Positions 8,252 through 16,956 of a DNA stretch of 32,000 nt are shown here, in pieces. A program made the translations under genes and the position numbers. Positions within the stretch are counted from its first letter, which is position 1. Each line of letters starts with the position of its first letter. The notes under the pieces were generated by a model. That model saw only the letters and a list, made by a program, of their open reading frames with translations. It did no database searches and was not told the origin of the DNA. Source of the DNA: Candidatus Nanopusillus acidilobi (lineage in GTDB: Archaea; Nanobdellota; Nanobdellia; Nanobdellales; Nanobdellaceae); contig CP010514.1 of assembly GCA_001552015.1 (NCBI GenBank), forward strand, positions 30,001 to 62,000. Direction: 5' to 3'.

Positions 8252-10791
8252 GGGGGAGTATTTTTGATGATCTTATGCTATTTATAGGATATTATCTTCC
8301 AATATTTATTATAGCTCTTGCAGGAGTTATATTTATTTTAACTTCAATATTTAAATTCTATCATATTAATAATCCATCTCAATATTATATTTCAATAATG
8401 AACCAAAATAGTCAAAACAATCAAAATAGTAATCAGAATACAATAAATTCAACAATTATGGTAAATATATATTATCAGAATGGATTTAATATATATTATG
8501 TTCCATCATTTATTGAAAATCTAAGTAATTGGAGTATATTTTATAATATTACAAATACTTATACTAGTAGTAGTAGTAATTTATCACAAATAAATCCTCC
8601 GAATATAACAAATACTAATTCAACATCATTTGATATAAGTTCATCATATAATGTTGAATTAGAATCTATAATTAATCTATCAAATAATACTTTTGAAGGA
8701 AATAATGTTATATATACGTATAATGAAACTACATATGAATGTAAAATTGTTGGAAATAATGTTTTAGAATATCAGCCAGGTAGTTTTGCATATTTTTGTA
8801 TATTATGTGAACCAGTGTCAGGAAATAGTCCAAGTATACAATATTACTATTTAAGTGAACCTGAATATATAAATATAACTCCAGTAATATCTTTATTAGG
8901 AAATTCTTATCCAAATACTCAATATTATGATTATACAGTAAATAATGTAGAAATAGTTAATGGAACATATTTAGCTATACCTTTATCAAATAGTAATGGA
9001 GGATATTCTATGGAAGATTTCCAAAATATATTAGTTACAATTGGTCCTCCTTTAAGTAATTATATAAATAATACTCCATATGTTGGGGATAATGTAGTAT
9101 TTTTAGTTAATTATGATGGTAAATATTATGCATTACCTTCATGGTATGCTGGTCAAGATAGTGAGGGAAATTATTATTTCTTTATTAATCTATTAAATAT
9201 TCCTTCATTATATAATAGTAATTTTGGTTGTAATATTATATCAATATTTGTTGGATTTAGTAATGAAAGTCTATTACCATATTTAAATGGAACAATTGGT
9301 GGTGATCCTTATGCATTAAATTCATCCAATCCGGCTTCAGCAGTTGAATATGATAATGGATTAAATGTATTTCCAATATATGTTAACTTTTATCCATATA
9401 ATGGAACAAAAGGTGAAAGAATGGAAGAAACATCAGCAGGAGTATGTAATAATGGATATGCATGTTTCGAAAATATTCAATTTAATAATGTATTACCTAC
9501 GTATAATAATATAAGTATTTATGTAAATGGAACAAATATTATTCCACAAATTATAGCAACTGGAGAATTAGAAGGATTAATGATGGATAATGGAACATGG
9601 CAAGGATCATATGCATTAATTACATCAAATGTTTTACAAAAGACTTTTAATCAATTATCTCAATCACAAAATGGATTGGGATTACAAACATTTGCATATT
9701 TTTCTGGAATACCCTGGGAAGATACTCCAGGTACTGTTACAACTCCATATGTTTCAGCTGCTATAGTATTATCATATATTAGTTATAATAATCAATTCCA
9801 AGCTGATACAGTAAATGATTATAATTATAAAGATTCAACAACGAACTGTATACATGGTCTTAGAGGATGTGCTCCTGTAGGAAATCAAAATATAGGAATA
9901 AATGTTGGGGGTGATACATATTTACCACTTAATTTCCCAATATTTATGTATGAATATGCATGGGCATTTGGTGGTCCAGGTCCAGGCTATTCTTCAGGAT
10001 ATTATGTTGGAATATTGCAATATAGTGATACATTAGGATTAGGATATTTCTTAACTACTCAATATACAAATAATCTAAATCCAAGTGGATATTATGATTA
10101 TTATTATTCAGGATCTGGTTGGAGTTGTGGTACAACTTGTTATCTCACTGGTGGTCTAACTGGTTGGAATCTCAATTATTATTTCTTAGAAGATAATAAT
10201 GGAAAGATATACGGACAAAATGGAGGATCAAATTATTTTCCCTTTATGCCACCAGATCAACAAAATAATGATTTTTATTCTCAATATGGTGTATTTTGGC
10301 TGTATAATTGGTTCCAGCCAGAAAATAATAATATGAATATATTCTTCTTAATGAATGGAAACATTTTCAATTATTCTCTTGCTTCAGAACCATATAGTTG
10401 GAATGGGGGAAGTGCGTATGCAATACCACCAAAACCACCTGGAAGAATTTTTTGCTCTGTTGAAGATGATATATGTGAACCTTTATTTGTACAATCATAC
10501 ATAAATGCATATAATACAGCGTTTAATCAATCCTATAATCTTCAAAATGCTTTATATAAATATAGCTATTTTGCTCCTAGTAGTATAAATAATAACACTT
10601 TTATACCTGGAACTTTTGGATATCATGAAGAATATAATATTATTATAAGTCACTTGCAAGATGATTCAAGCGTATATTCAGGAACCCCCTATTTATTTGT
10701 TTCAGCAGGTTCGGGAGGAGGTTCGGGTTTTATGTATCTAAACTGGATAATTGTAACGTATGGAGTTCCTTATGTTATAAGCATATCTTAA
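8248..10791 (+). CDS. Large N-terminally anchored surface protein (possible lectin-like/DUF2341-type ectodomain)
   Basis: 847 aa; TM segment YYLPIFIIALAGVIFILTSIF, Asn/Tyr-rich ectodomain with several close Cys pairs (CILC, SCGTTC, CNNGYAC, CIHGLRGC, CSVEDDIC) and C-terminal SAGSGGGSGFMYLNWIIVTYGVPYVISIS. Confidence 0.75.
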   Translation: MRGSIFDDLMLFIGYYLPIFIIALAGVIFILTSIFKFYHINNPSQYYISIMNQNSQNNQNSNQNTINSTIMVNIYYQNGFNIYYVPSFIENLSNWSIFYNITNTYTSSSSNLSQINPPNITNTNSTSFDISSSYNVELESIINLSNNTFEGNNVIYTYNETTYECKIVGNNVLEYQPGSFAYFCILCEPVSGNSPSIQYYYLSEPEYINITPVISLLGNSYPNTQYYDYTVNNVEIVNGTYLAIPLSNSNGGYSMEDFQNILVTIGPPLSNYINNTPYVGDNVVFLVNYDGKYYALPSWYAGQDSEGNYYFFINLLNIPSLYNSNFGCNIISIFVGFSNESLLPYLNGTIGGDPYALNSSNPASAVEYDNGLNVFPIYVNFYPYNGTKGERMEETSAGVCNNGYACFENIQFNNVLPTYNNISIYVNGTNIIPQIIATGELEGLMMDNGTWQGSYALITSNVLQKTFNQLSQSQNGLGLQTFAYFSGIPWEDTPGTVTTPYVSAAIVLSYISYNNQFQADTVNDYNYKDSTTNCIHGLRGCAPVGNQNIGINVGGDTYLPLNFPIFMYEYAWAFGGPGPGYSSGYYVGILQYSDTLGLGYFLTTQYTNNLNPSGYYDYYYSGSGWSCGTTCYLTGGLTGWNLNYYFLEDNNGKIYGQNGGSNYFPFMPPDQQNNDFYSQYGVFWLYNWFQPENNNMNIFFLMNGNIFNYSLASEPYSWNGGSAYAIPPKPPGRIFCSVEDDICEPLFVQSYINAYNTAFNQSYNLQNALYKYSYFAPSSINNNTFIPGTFGYHEEYNIIISHLQDDSSVYSGTPYLFVSAGSGGGSGFMYLNWIIVTYGVPYVISIS

Positions 10792-10806
10792 AAATATTGC
10801 TAAAAA

Positions 10807-11748
10807 TTAACTGGGTAGATTATATGTTTGATTTGGAACATAAAAATTGTTGAAAGATGAACCAGCAATATTTCCAATTGCTCCGTATGGAATTATTGTT
10901 TTGTTAGGTAGTGCTAGTACATATCCTCCAGCGATATCTATACTGCTATATTGTTGATATAAGTGTGTTTCATAAACCAATGTTCCTGTTACATTTGCCC
11001 AATCATATACTGGTGAGTTTCCTGGTATTACTGCTGCGTATGTTCCTGGTGTATTCATTGCCGCTACGAAGTTGGGTACCCATTTATCATATGTATAGAA
11101 TCCTGCAATGTTCGCTGGGTTTATTTTATTTGCCTCTATTATATAATATGTCTGTCCATTTATTATTGCCTGCTCAACTGGCACCTTACCCTTAATTACA
11201 TATAAATCCTTTAAGGGGTCATATGGTTGATGATTTATTGGATCAGTCTGTCCAACAAATTGATTATTTAGTTGAACTATTTGATTATGATTATTAATTA
11301 TTGTACTTGCATACTGTCCATTCCATATTACGTCATGTAATGTTGTTCCATTGTTTAATATTAAATCACCTACAGGATCTGTTTGTCCATTATAATTTAT
11401 TGTTTGACCGTTTGGTACAAATGCTTCATAACCATTTTGAGATCCTAAATATTGTATATGTTCATTATGTGAAGGTAATGCATGTATTCCAAATAATGCA
11501 AATCCTATAGCAGCAGCAGTAGCAATAACACCAATTGCTATTGATGCATATTTTGCAGCTATACCTCTACGACCACCAAGTCTTCCTTCTAAATATGATC
11601 CTACTGAAAGTGAAGCTCTTGTATAAGGAGATAATGATAATGCATAACCTGCTATTACTGGCCCATATTCTTTTAAATATTCTTTAATTTTTCCAATACT
11701 TTTTATATTTCTCATTAAAATAGTATCTAAAGTCACACGCTCTTGCAT
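10807..11748 (-). CDS. Membrane-anchored protein with basic Gly/Arg-rich cytosolic leader and Asn/Tyr/Gly-rich ectodomain
   Basis: 313 aa; VTLDTILMRNIKSIGKIKEYLKEYGPVIAGYALSLSPYTRASLSVGSYLEGRLGGRRGIAAKYASIAIGVIATAAAIGFALFGIHALPSH... Confidence 0.75.
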   Translation of the reverse strand: MQERVTLDTILMRNIKSIGKIKEYLKEYGPVIAGYALSLSPYTRASLSVGSYLEGRLGGRRGIAAKYASIAIGVIATAAAIGFALFGIHALPSHNEHIQYLGSQNGYEAFVPNGQTINYNGQTDPVGDLILNNGTTLHDVIWNGQYASTIINNHNQIVQLNNQFVGQTDPINHQPYDPLKDLYVIKGKVPVEQAIINGQTYYIIEANKINPANIAGFYTYDKWVPNFVAAMNTPGTYAAVIPGNSPVYDWANVTGTLVYETHLYQQYSSIDIAGGYVLALPNKTIIPYGAIGNIAGSSFNNFYVPNQTYNLPS

Positions 11749-11860
11749 ATAATATACTTTTAATAAAGTTTTAAAAAGATAATTATACTTATAATTATCA
11801 AATAAATAAACCTTTTTATAAAAATTTTATAAATATTTTTAATTTCCTAATCTAAAAAAG

Positions 11861-13102
11861 CTAATATAAAATAATAAACACTACAACACCAACTATTATT
11901 AAAATAATAACCCAAATTGGTATTGAACTAAACAAAGATTTATTAGATGTTGTAGTTATACTTGGTATTGAACTATATGAAGATGTATTAGAAGTTGATG
12001 AAGTTGATGTGGTAGGAATATTATTTATATTATTGGTAGTAGTTGTAGTAGATTGACTTATTTGATAAGGTAATGGTGTTATTGCCATATATATTGAACC
12101 TTGTCCATTTGAAATATTATTTAATCCAAACCATGCTAAATAAAGATTATTATTTGAAATTGTTGCTCTTGGAATTATTGTAAATTGAGTTGTATAATTA
12201 ACAATTGATTGTAATTCTGTACCATTCCAATAATATACACTTAATAAACCAGGTCTCCATGCAATTATAACATATCCATTATTCCATGATATTGGAAATG
12301 CACTTTCATATATTGGTAAATTAAATGTCAAATTTTGATTAATTGTTAATACTCCATTATAAAATTGATATAATGAATTACCAACAAAGCCAATATCCGT
12401 TGCACTTACAAATTCAATATTTCCATTATTCATGTTTACTAAAGCATAAGTACCATTTAGAAATTGAACAGCTACAAGACCATTATTTGCACTTAAAATA
12501 CCAGCAATACCTGGAATATTTAAGGATTTAATAACATTACCTGAAAGTGTTAATTCTTCAAGTATTGTATTATTATATGTAAGGGATAATGTAGGTTCAT
12601 AAACTAAATATATATAATTTCCATCACTAGCATAACTCATTGCATCACCGCTTGTTGTTAAATTAATAACAGGTCCCCAAACATTATTATTTAATATTGA
12701 AGCTTGAAGAAGAATTGTTAAATTATTTAAACTATAACTTCCAATTGGCACACCAGCCCATAGCATCATTAATGATCCATTATTTAATTCAACTAATGCT
12801 GGACTAGCTTCTCCCAAATCATTAAAATTTGGTAAAGGTGCATTCATTTCTTCAGTTCCATTAAATACTAAACCATTAATAGTTGCAATTGATGATTTCA
12901 ATTCTGTATAATAAATATAAACAAGACCATTATAACTAGTTATTGAAAACCCATAACCAAATCTAGAATTATTAGTTATTATAATAATTGATGTATTTGT
13001 ATATTGTTGGCCATTTAAATTTGTTTGTGCTATAATTTTTGTACCTAACATTATCAAAGATAATATAAAAATAATAGCTATTGCCTTAAATTTATTTTTC
13101 AT
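11861..13102 (-). CDS. Secreted surface protein: signal peptide, beta-rich (propeller-like?) ectodomain, Ser/Thr stalk, C-terminal TM anchor
   Basis: 413 aa; MKNKFKAIAIIFILSLIMLGTKIIAQT...; C-terminus STTTTTNNINNIPTTSTSSTSNTSSYSSIPSITTTSNKSLFSSIPIWVIILIIVGVVVFIILY. Confidence 0.8.
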   Translation of the reverse strand: MKNKFKAIAIIFILSLIMLGTKIIAQTNLNGQQYTNTSIIIITNNSRFGYGFSITSYNGLVYIYYTELKSSIATINGLVFNGTEEMNAPLPNFNDLGEASPALVELNNGSLMMLWAGVPIGSYSLNNLTILLQASILNNNVWGPVINLTTSGDAMSYASDGNYIYLVYEPTLSLTYNNTILEELTLSGNVIKSLNIPGIAGILSANNGLVAVQFLNGTYALVNMNNGNIEFVSATDIGFVGNSLYQFYNGVLTINQNLTFNLPIYESAFPISWNNGYVIIAWRPGLLSVYYWNGTELQSIVNYTTQFTIIPRATISNNNLYLAWFGLNNISNGQGSIYMAITPLPYQISQSTTTTTNNINNIPTTSTSSTSNTSSYSSIPSITTTSNKSLFSSIPIWVIILIIVGVVVFIILY

Positions 13103-13193
13103 ATAATTTTCTATTATTATTTATTTTTAAGTATTATGGTTATTGAAAATTTGCTATAAAAAATTAATAAAATCCAAAATTTTTATAAATGAT

Positions 13194-14402
13194 ATGAAAT
13201 CAATAAGCGATAGTGTAATAGAACTTATTATTGTAATTATTATAATAATATTTGTAATATTAGTTTTCTTTAATGTATTAAAAGGTCTTAGTTATGCAGG
13301 TAGACCAGAAGCAAAGTTTGGATATGCATTATCAGGAAGTATAAGTTTTATGGTAAATCCAATAGCACAGGGAATATCCGATGCTTCAACAATTGCAAAT
13401 GATGTATTAATAGGAATTATTGCTGCTACGGCTGTTGCTGGTATAGTTAAAGGAGTTTATGAAAATTATAATGCGAATATAGAATATTTAGAGAGTATAG
13501 GATTTAGTGAAGAAGATATACAGAATATGGATTTGAAAGATCTGTTATTTGAGGATCTTCAGAATGGAGGATCTGCATTAGGTCCTATTGCGAAAGATGT
13601 TATAAATTCATATAGAACAGTATTTTTAAATCCTTTAGGTGGTGGTTTATTATTTGGAACTATTGGTTTAGATTTATCATCTGAATCTTTAAATAATTTA
13701 GCTCATGCATTACAAGGACCAATTTTATATTATTTAGTTCCAGAAGGTTTAGTAGTTGTGAATTTGAGTAATATAGGTGGTTCCCAGATAAATGAAATGC
13801 TTAATGATTTAAATCAATCATATGTAAATAATATAGAACAACAGCAATATTGTAGTAATCCAACATCATCAGCATGTCAAAATTTATATGCAACATATTT
13901 AGTTGCAAAATATTTATTCTATACATATGGAGAAACACTGGGACAAAGTGTAACTATAGCAGGAAATCATAATGAATATGTATTATTATTATTTGACTAT
14001 AATAGTACATATAATGTTACATTAAATGATGTTTTATGTATGCTGGAAATGATGAAATATTATAATTATATTCCATTGGAAGTTATGTATGGAGATAAGG
14101 TAATAGCAAATAGTACTAATAATATCGCCTGTCAGATTTTAAGCAATGTAAATAGTAGTTTAATGTCAGAAAATCCACAAGATTCAAATAATGTATATAA
14201 TAAACTATTAGTAAACTCTTTTGAAGTAAATAACAGCAGTGGTAAACCTTATCTATTAAGTTCAACTAAAAACAACCCTTCACCAAATCAAGTTACAATT
14301 ATTCCAGGTAATCTAACATTACCAAATGGTATAATAATAGAATATACATATGAGGGAGGAAATAGGGTAATTCTATTAACATCAATTTCTGGGGGAAGTT
14401 AG
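13194..14402 (+). CDS. N-terminally anchored surface protein, first gene of the 13-20 kb array
   Basis: Track start 13143; the likely start is ATG 13194, giving MKSISDSVIELIIVIIIIIFVILVFFNVLKGLSYAGRPEAKFGYALSG..., the same short-leader + TM design as its neighbours. Confidence 0.7.
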   Translation: MKSISDSVIELIIVIIIIIFVILVFFNVLKGLSYAGRPEAKFGYALSGSISFMVNPIAQGISDASTIANDVLIGIIAATAVAGIVKGVYENYNANIEYLESIGFSEEDIQNMDLKDLLFEDLQNGGSALGPIAKDVINSYRTVFLNPLGGGLLFGTIGLDLSSESLNNLAHALQGPILYYLVPEGLVVVNLSNIGGSQINEMLNDLNQSYVNNIEQQQYCSNPTSSACQNLYATYLVAKYLFYTYGETLGQSVTIAGNHNEYVLLLFDYNSTYNVTLNDVLCMLEMMKYYNYIPLEVMYGDKVIANSTNNIACQILSNVNSSLMSENPQDSNNVYNKLLVNSFEVNNSSGKPYLLSSTKNNPSPNQVTIIPGNLTLPNGIIIEYTYEGGNRVILLTSISGGS

Positions 14403-14432
14403 TTTATAAATTACAAAGTTTTTAGATTTATA

Positions 14433-14579
14433 ATGGAAACTGGAGAACTTTTAAAGATAATCCTAGCATTAATATTTATTGTACTAATATTAATATTTGT
14501 TTTTGTCATATTGGGACCAAAAATAGGGCTAAATATAAATATATTTGCAAACTATCAATTAATAGGAGGAAATGGATAA
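14433..14579 (+). CDS. Membrane microprotein (48 aa), not in supplied track
   Basis: METGELLKIILALIFIVLILIFVFVILGPKIGLNINIFANYQLIGGNG; ATG 14433 to TAA 14579, overlapping the next ATG (14572) by 8 nt. Confidence 0.6.
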   Translation: METGELLKIILALIFIVLILIFVFVILGPKIGLNINIFANYQLIGGNG

Positions 14580-14754
14580 AAGAACTCAATTAGATACATT
14601 TTTAATAGCAATAATATTATTTATAGTTGCTTTAGTATTGTTAGTAATATTTATGTACTTTTATTTCAAAGGTGGAGTAAATTTATTTAATAGTATAAAT
14701 CAAACAAATGGCACAAATGTTGTAAATAGCATAAATAGTAATAACTATGGCTGA
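14572..14754 (+). CDS. Single-pass membrane microprotein with pilin-like N-terminus
   Basis: 60 aa: MDKRTQLDTFLIAIILFIVALVLLVIFMYFYFKGGVNLFNSINQTNG...; GGAGG 7 nt upstream of the ATG. Confidence 0.75.
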   Translation: MDKRTQLDTFLIAIILFIVALVLLVIFMYFYFKGGVNLFNSINQTNGTNVVNSINSNNYG

Positions 14755-14905
14755 TAATGCAATAAATTTTTTAATATTTTTAATTATTGCACTAGTAATA
14801 ATAATTTTAGCAATATTATTTTATTATTATATAGTAAATAATTCTATGCAGGTAAATGTAACAAGTGTTGGGTATAAAGTATTAAATCAATCTGGATTAG
14901 GATAA
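14747..14905 (+). CDS. Membrane microprotein (52 aa), not in supplied track
   Basis: MADNAINFLIFLIIALVIIILAILFYYYIVNNSMQVNVTSVGYKVLNQSGLG; overlaps the upstream gene by 8 nt, next ATG at 14907. Confidence 0.65.
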   Translation: MADNAINFLIFLIIALVIIILAILFYYYIVNNSMQVNVTSVGYKVLNQSGLG

Positions 14906-14906
14906 T

Positions 14907-15839
14907 ATGAAAGGGGATTCTCTTATTAAAATAATTTTTGATATAATAGTATTAATTGTATTGGTAGTTTTAATATATTATATTATTACGGCACTTATTG
15001 GATTATCTATGGGGAAAGATTTTGAATATATCGGATATTTAAATTCAATTGCTGATGCTATAAATAATAATGCTACTGGACAGATATTTATAGATAATTA
15101 TGATTATAATTATGTTTTTGTATTGACATATAACAATGGATGGTATTTACAATTATATCATTGTTTTCCTCCGAACGTTGTTGTAGGTCTTTTATCTGTT
15201 AAATTAGTATATTGGAATGTTTCTACAACAGATAATGGAAATACTATCATATTTGCACCAGCATTAGCATTTTGTAAATTAATAAAACAAAGATCATTAG
15301 ATAATGTAAATGAAATAAATATAAACATACAAGGATTAAATGATAATGCTGGTTTATTAGCATATTCTGAGAATAGTAATTTAAATGTTTTTGACCTTTT
15401 TATAAATGTAATAATAAATACTGTTAGTAATCTTCAAATACCATCATCAATGGTTCTTACTATAATAAATGATACAAATATAACATGTAATAGTAATAGA
15501 TGTACGTTTATGTCAACAATTAATGAAAATAGTAATACATATGAAGAAAGTGGTAATATATATTGTTCTCCATATTCAAATATGAATTCAAATAGTTTAA
15601 CATATAATCCATCGGTATGTGTTGAATTATCAGGATTTCCACAAAATTCTCAAGTACAGCTTAGTAATTTAGAAGGTGAAATAGTAGATGCTGCTACATT
15701 AGGAAGTCTCTTTCAAGGGGTAGATTTTCCAATATTATTATTAGCAGGTTCTTTACCACCAACAGTAATGTATATAGATGTAAATAGTAATGATGGAACG
15801 GCAGATATTAATATATATATAGGAGAAACTGTTTCATAG
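14907..15839 (+). CDS. N-terminally anchored surface protein
   Basis: 310 aa; MKGDSLIKIIFDIIVLIVLVVLIYYIITALIG then an Asn/Ile/Tyr-rich ectodomain with several Cys. Confidence 0.75.
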   Translation: MKGDSLIKIIFDIIVLIVLVVLIYYIITALIGLSMGKDFEYIGYLNSIADAINNNATGQIFIDNYDYNYVFVLTYNNGWYLQLYHCFPPNVVVGLLSVKLVYWNVSTTDNGNTIIFAPALAFCKLIKQRSLDNVNEININIQGLNDNAGLLAYSENSNLNVFDLFINVIINTVSNLQIPSSMVLTIINDTNITCNSNRCTFMSTINENSNTYEESGNIYCSPYSNMNSNSLTYNPSVCVELSGFPQNSQVQLSNLEGEIVDAATLGSLFQGVDFPILLLAGSLPPTVMYIDVNSNDGTADINIYIGETVS

Positions 15840-15840
15840 T

Positions 15841-16956
15841 ATGGATGATGAATTATTAGATGCAATAATAGCATCAATATTTTTAATAATTGTATCGTTA
15901 ATAGGAATATATTTTCCATATATTGTTACAAGAATATTTGGTACTCATAATCCTTATTTAATATTAGAAGTTGCTGGTTTTATTACATATTCAACATCAG
16001 AACCTGGAAATATGAGTGCAGCATTTTTAGTAACTAATGGACCAACCTTTTTCTATGAATTTAGGATAATTCCTCCAATACAATCATCCGCTCTGTTTAT
16101 TCCTTTATATAATAATAATGATTTTTTAGTTAGTATTGGAGTATGCTATGTACGTGATTTATGGCAACAACTTGCAGATGATGCACTAAATTCTTTTATA
16201 GCTGAAGGACTTTCATATTTACCAGGATTAAAGAGTTTTGGTTCAACAAAATCTATAATAGAAGTTTTAAATGGCATATCTAAAAACATACCAGCAATTG
16301 CTAAACAAGCATTAATAAATTTTGGCATTGCATATACTTCATATACAGAACAATCTGCATATTTGCAATATTCATATGGAAATCATAATATATGGGGAGA
16401 TATTTTTAATGCATTGCAATCTTCAGTAGGGCCTTCTTTATGGGCTGCTGGAGAAGCTACTATAATGCAAGTTGTAGATATGGTATTAGATGAAACTTTA
16501 CCACCTCCAGCCGATTTTGTAGCTGGTTTTGCATTTAATATGGCATTTTCCTCAGCAATCACTTTAATACAATATTGGCAAGCTACAACAAATCCATATA
16601 CATATTGTTATTATAATCAATTTATAAGTCAAGGTAAAACTTTTTTTGGTCTACTTCCAAATGGTAAATATACAGTATATCAACCATATTTAACATTATC
16701 AATATATTATAATCCAAATTTCACATTTTATAATGGATGTTATGGTAATGATAATGATTATTATTTATGTAATACAAGCTTTACATATATCTATAATTCA
16801 ACTGAAGAATCAGAAGATAATATATTTAAATTAGATTTAGGAAATATAAATAATGAGGGTCAAGAAGAATTTCCAGAGTTTATTGTTATATCAAAGGTTG
16901 GTGTAGAATATGGAGGCCCATATCTAAATATATCAGTATTATCTTCTGAAACATGA
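15841..16956 (+). CDS. N-terminally anchored surface protein
   Basis: 371 aa; MDDELLDAIIASIFLIIVSLIGIYFPYIVTRIFG...; starts 1 nt after the upstream stop codon. Confidence 0.75.
   Translation: MDDELLDAIIASIFLIIVSLIGIYFPYIVTRIFGTHNPYLILEVAGFITYSTSEPGNMSAAFLVTNGPTFFYEFRIIPPIQSSALFIPLYNNNDFLVSIGVCYVRDLWQQLADDALNSFIAEGLSYLPGLKSFGSTKSIIEVLNGISKNIPAIAKQALINFGIAYTSYTEQSAYLQYSYGNHNIWGDIFNALQSSVGPSLWAAGEATIMQVVDMVLDETLPPPADFVAGFAFNMAFSSAITLIQYWQATTNPYTYCYYNQFISQGKTFFGLLPNGKYTVYQPYLTLSIYYNPNFTFYNGCYGNDNDYYLCNTSFTYIYNSTEESEDNIFKLDLGNINNEGQEEFPEFIVISKVGVEYGGPYLNISVLSSET

Noticed and set aside
10911-12531. Plus-strand ORFs 10911-11195, 11301-11510 and 12343-12531
   Set aside because: Antisense shadows of the two minus-strand surface protein genes.
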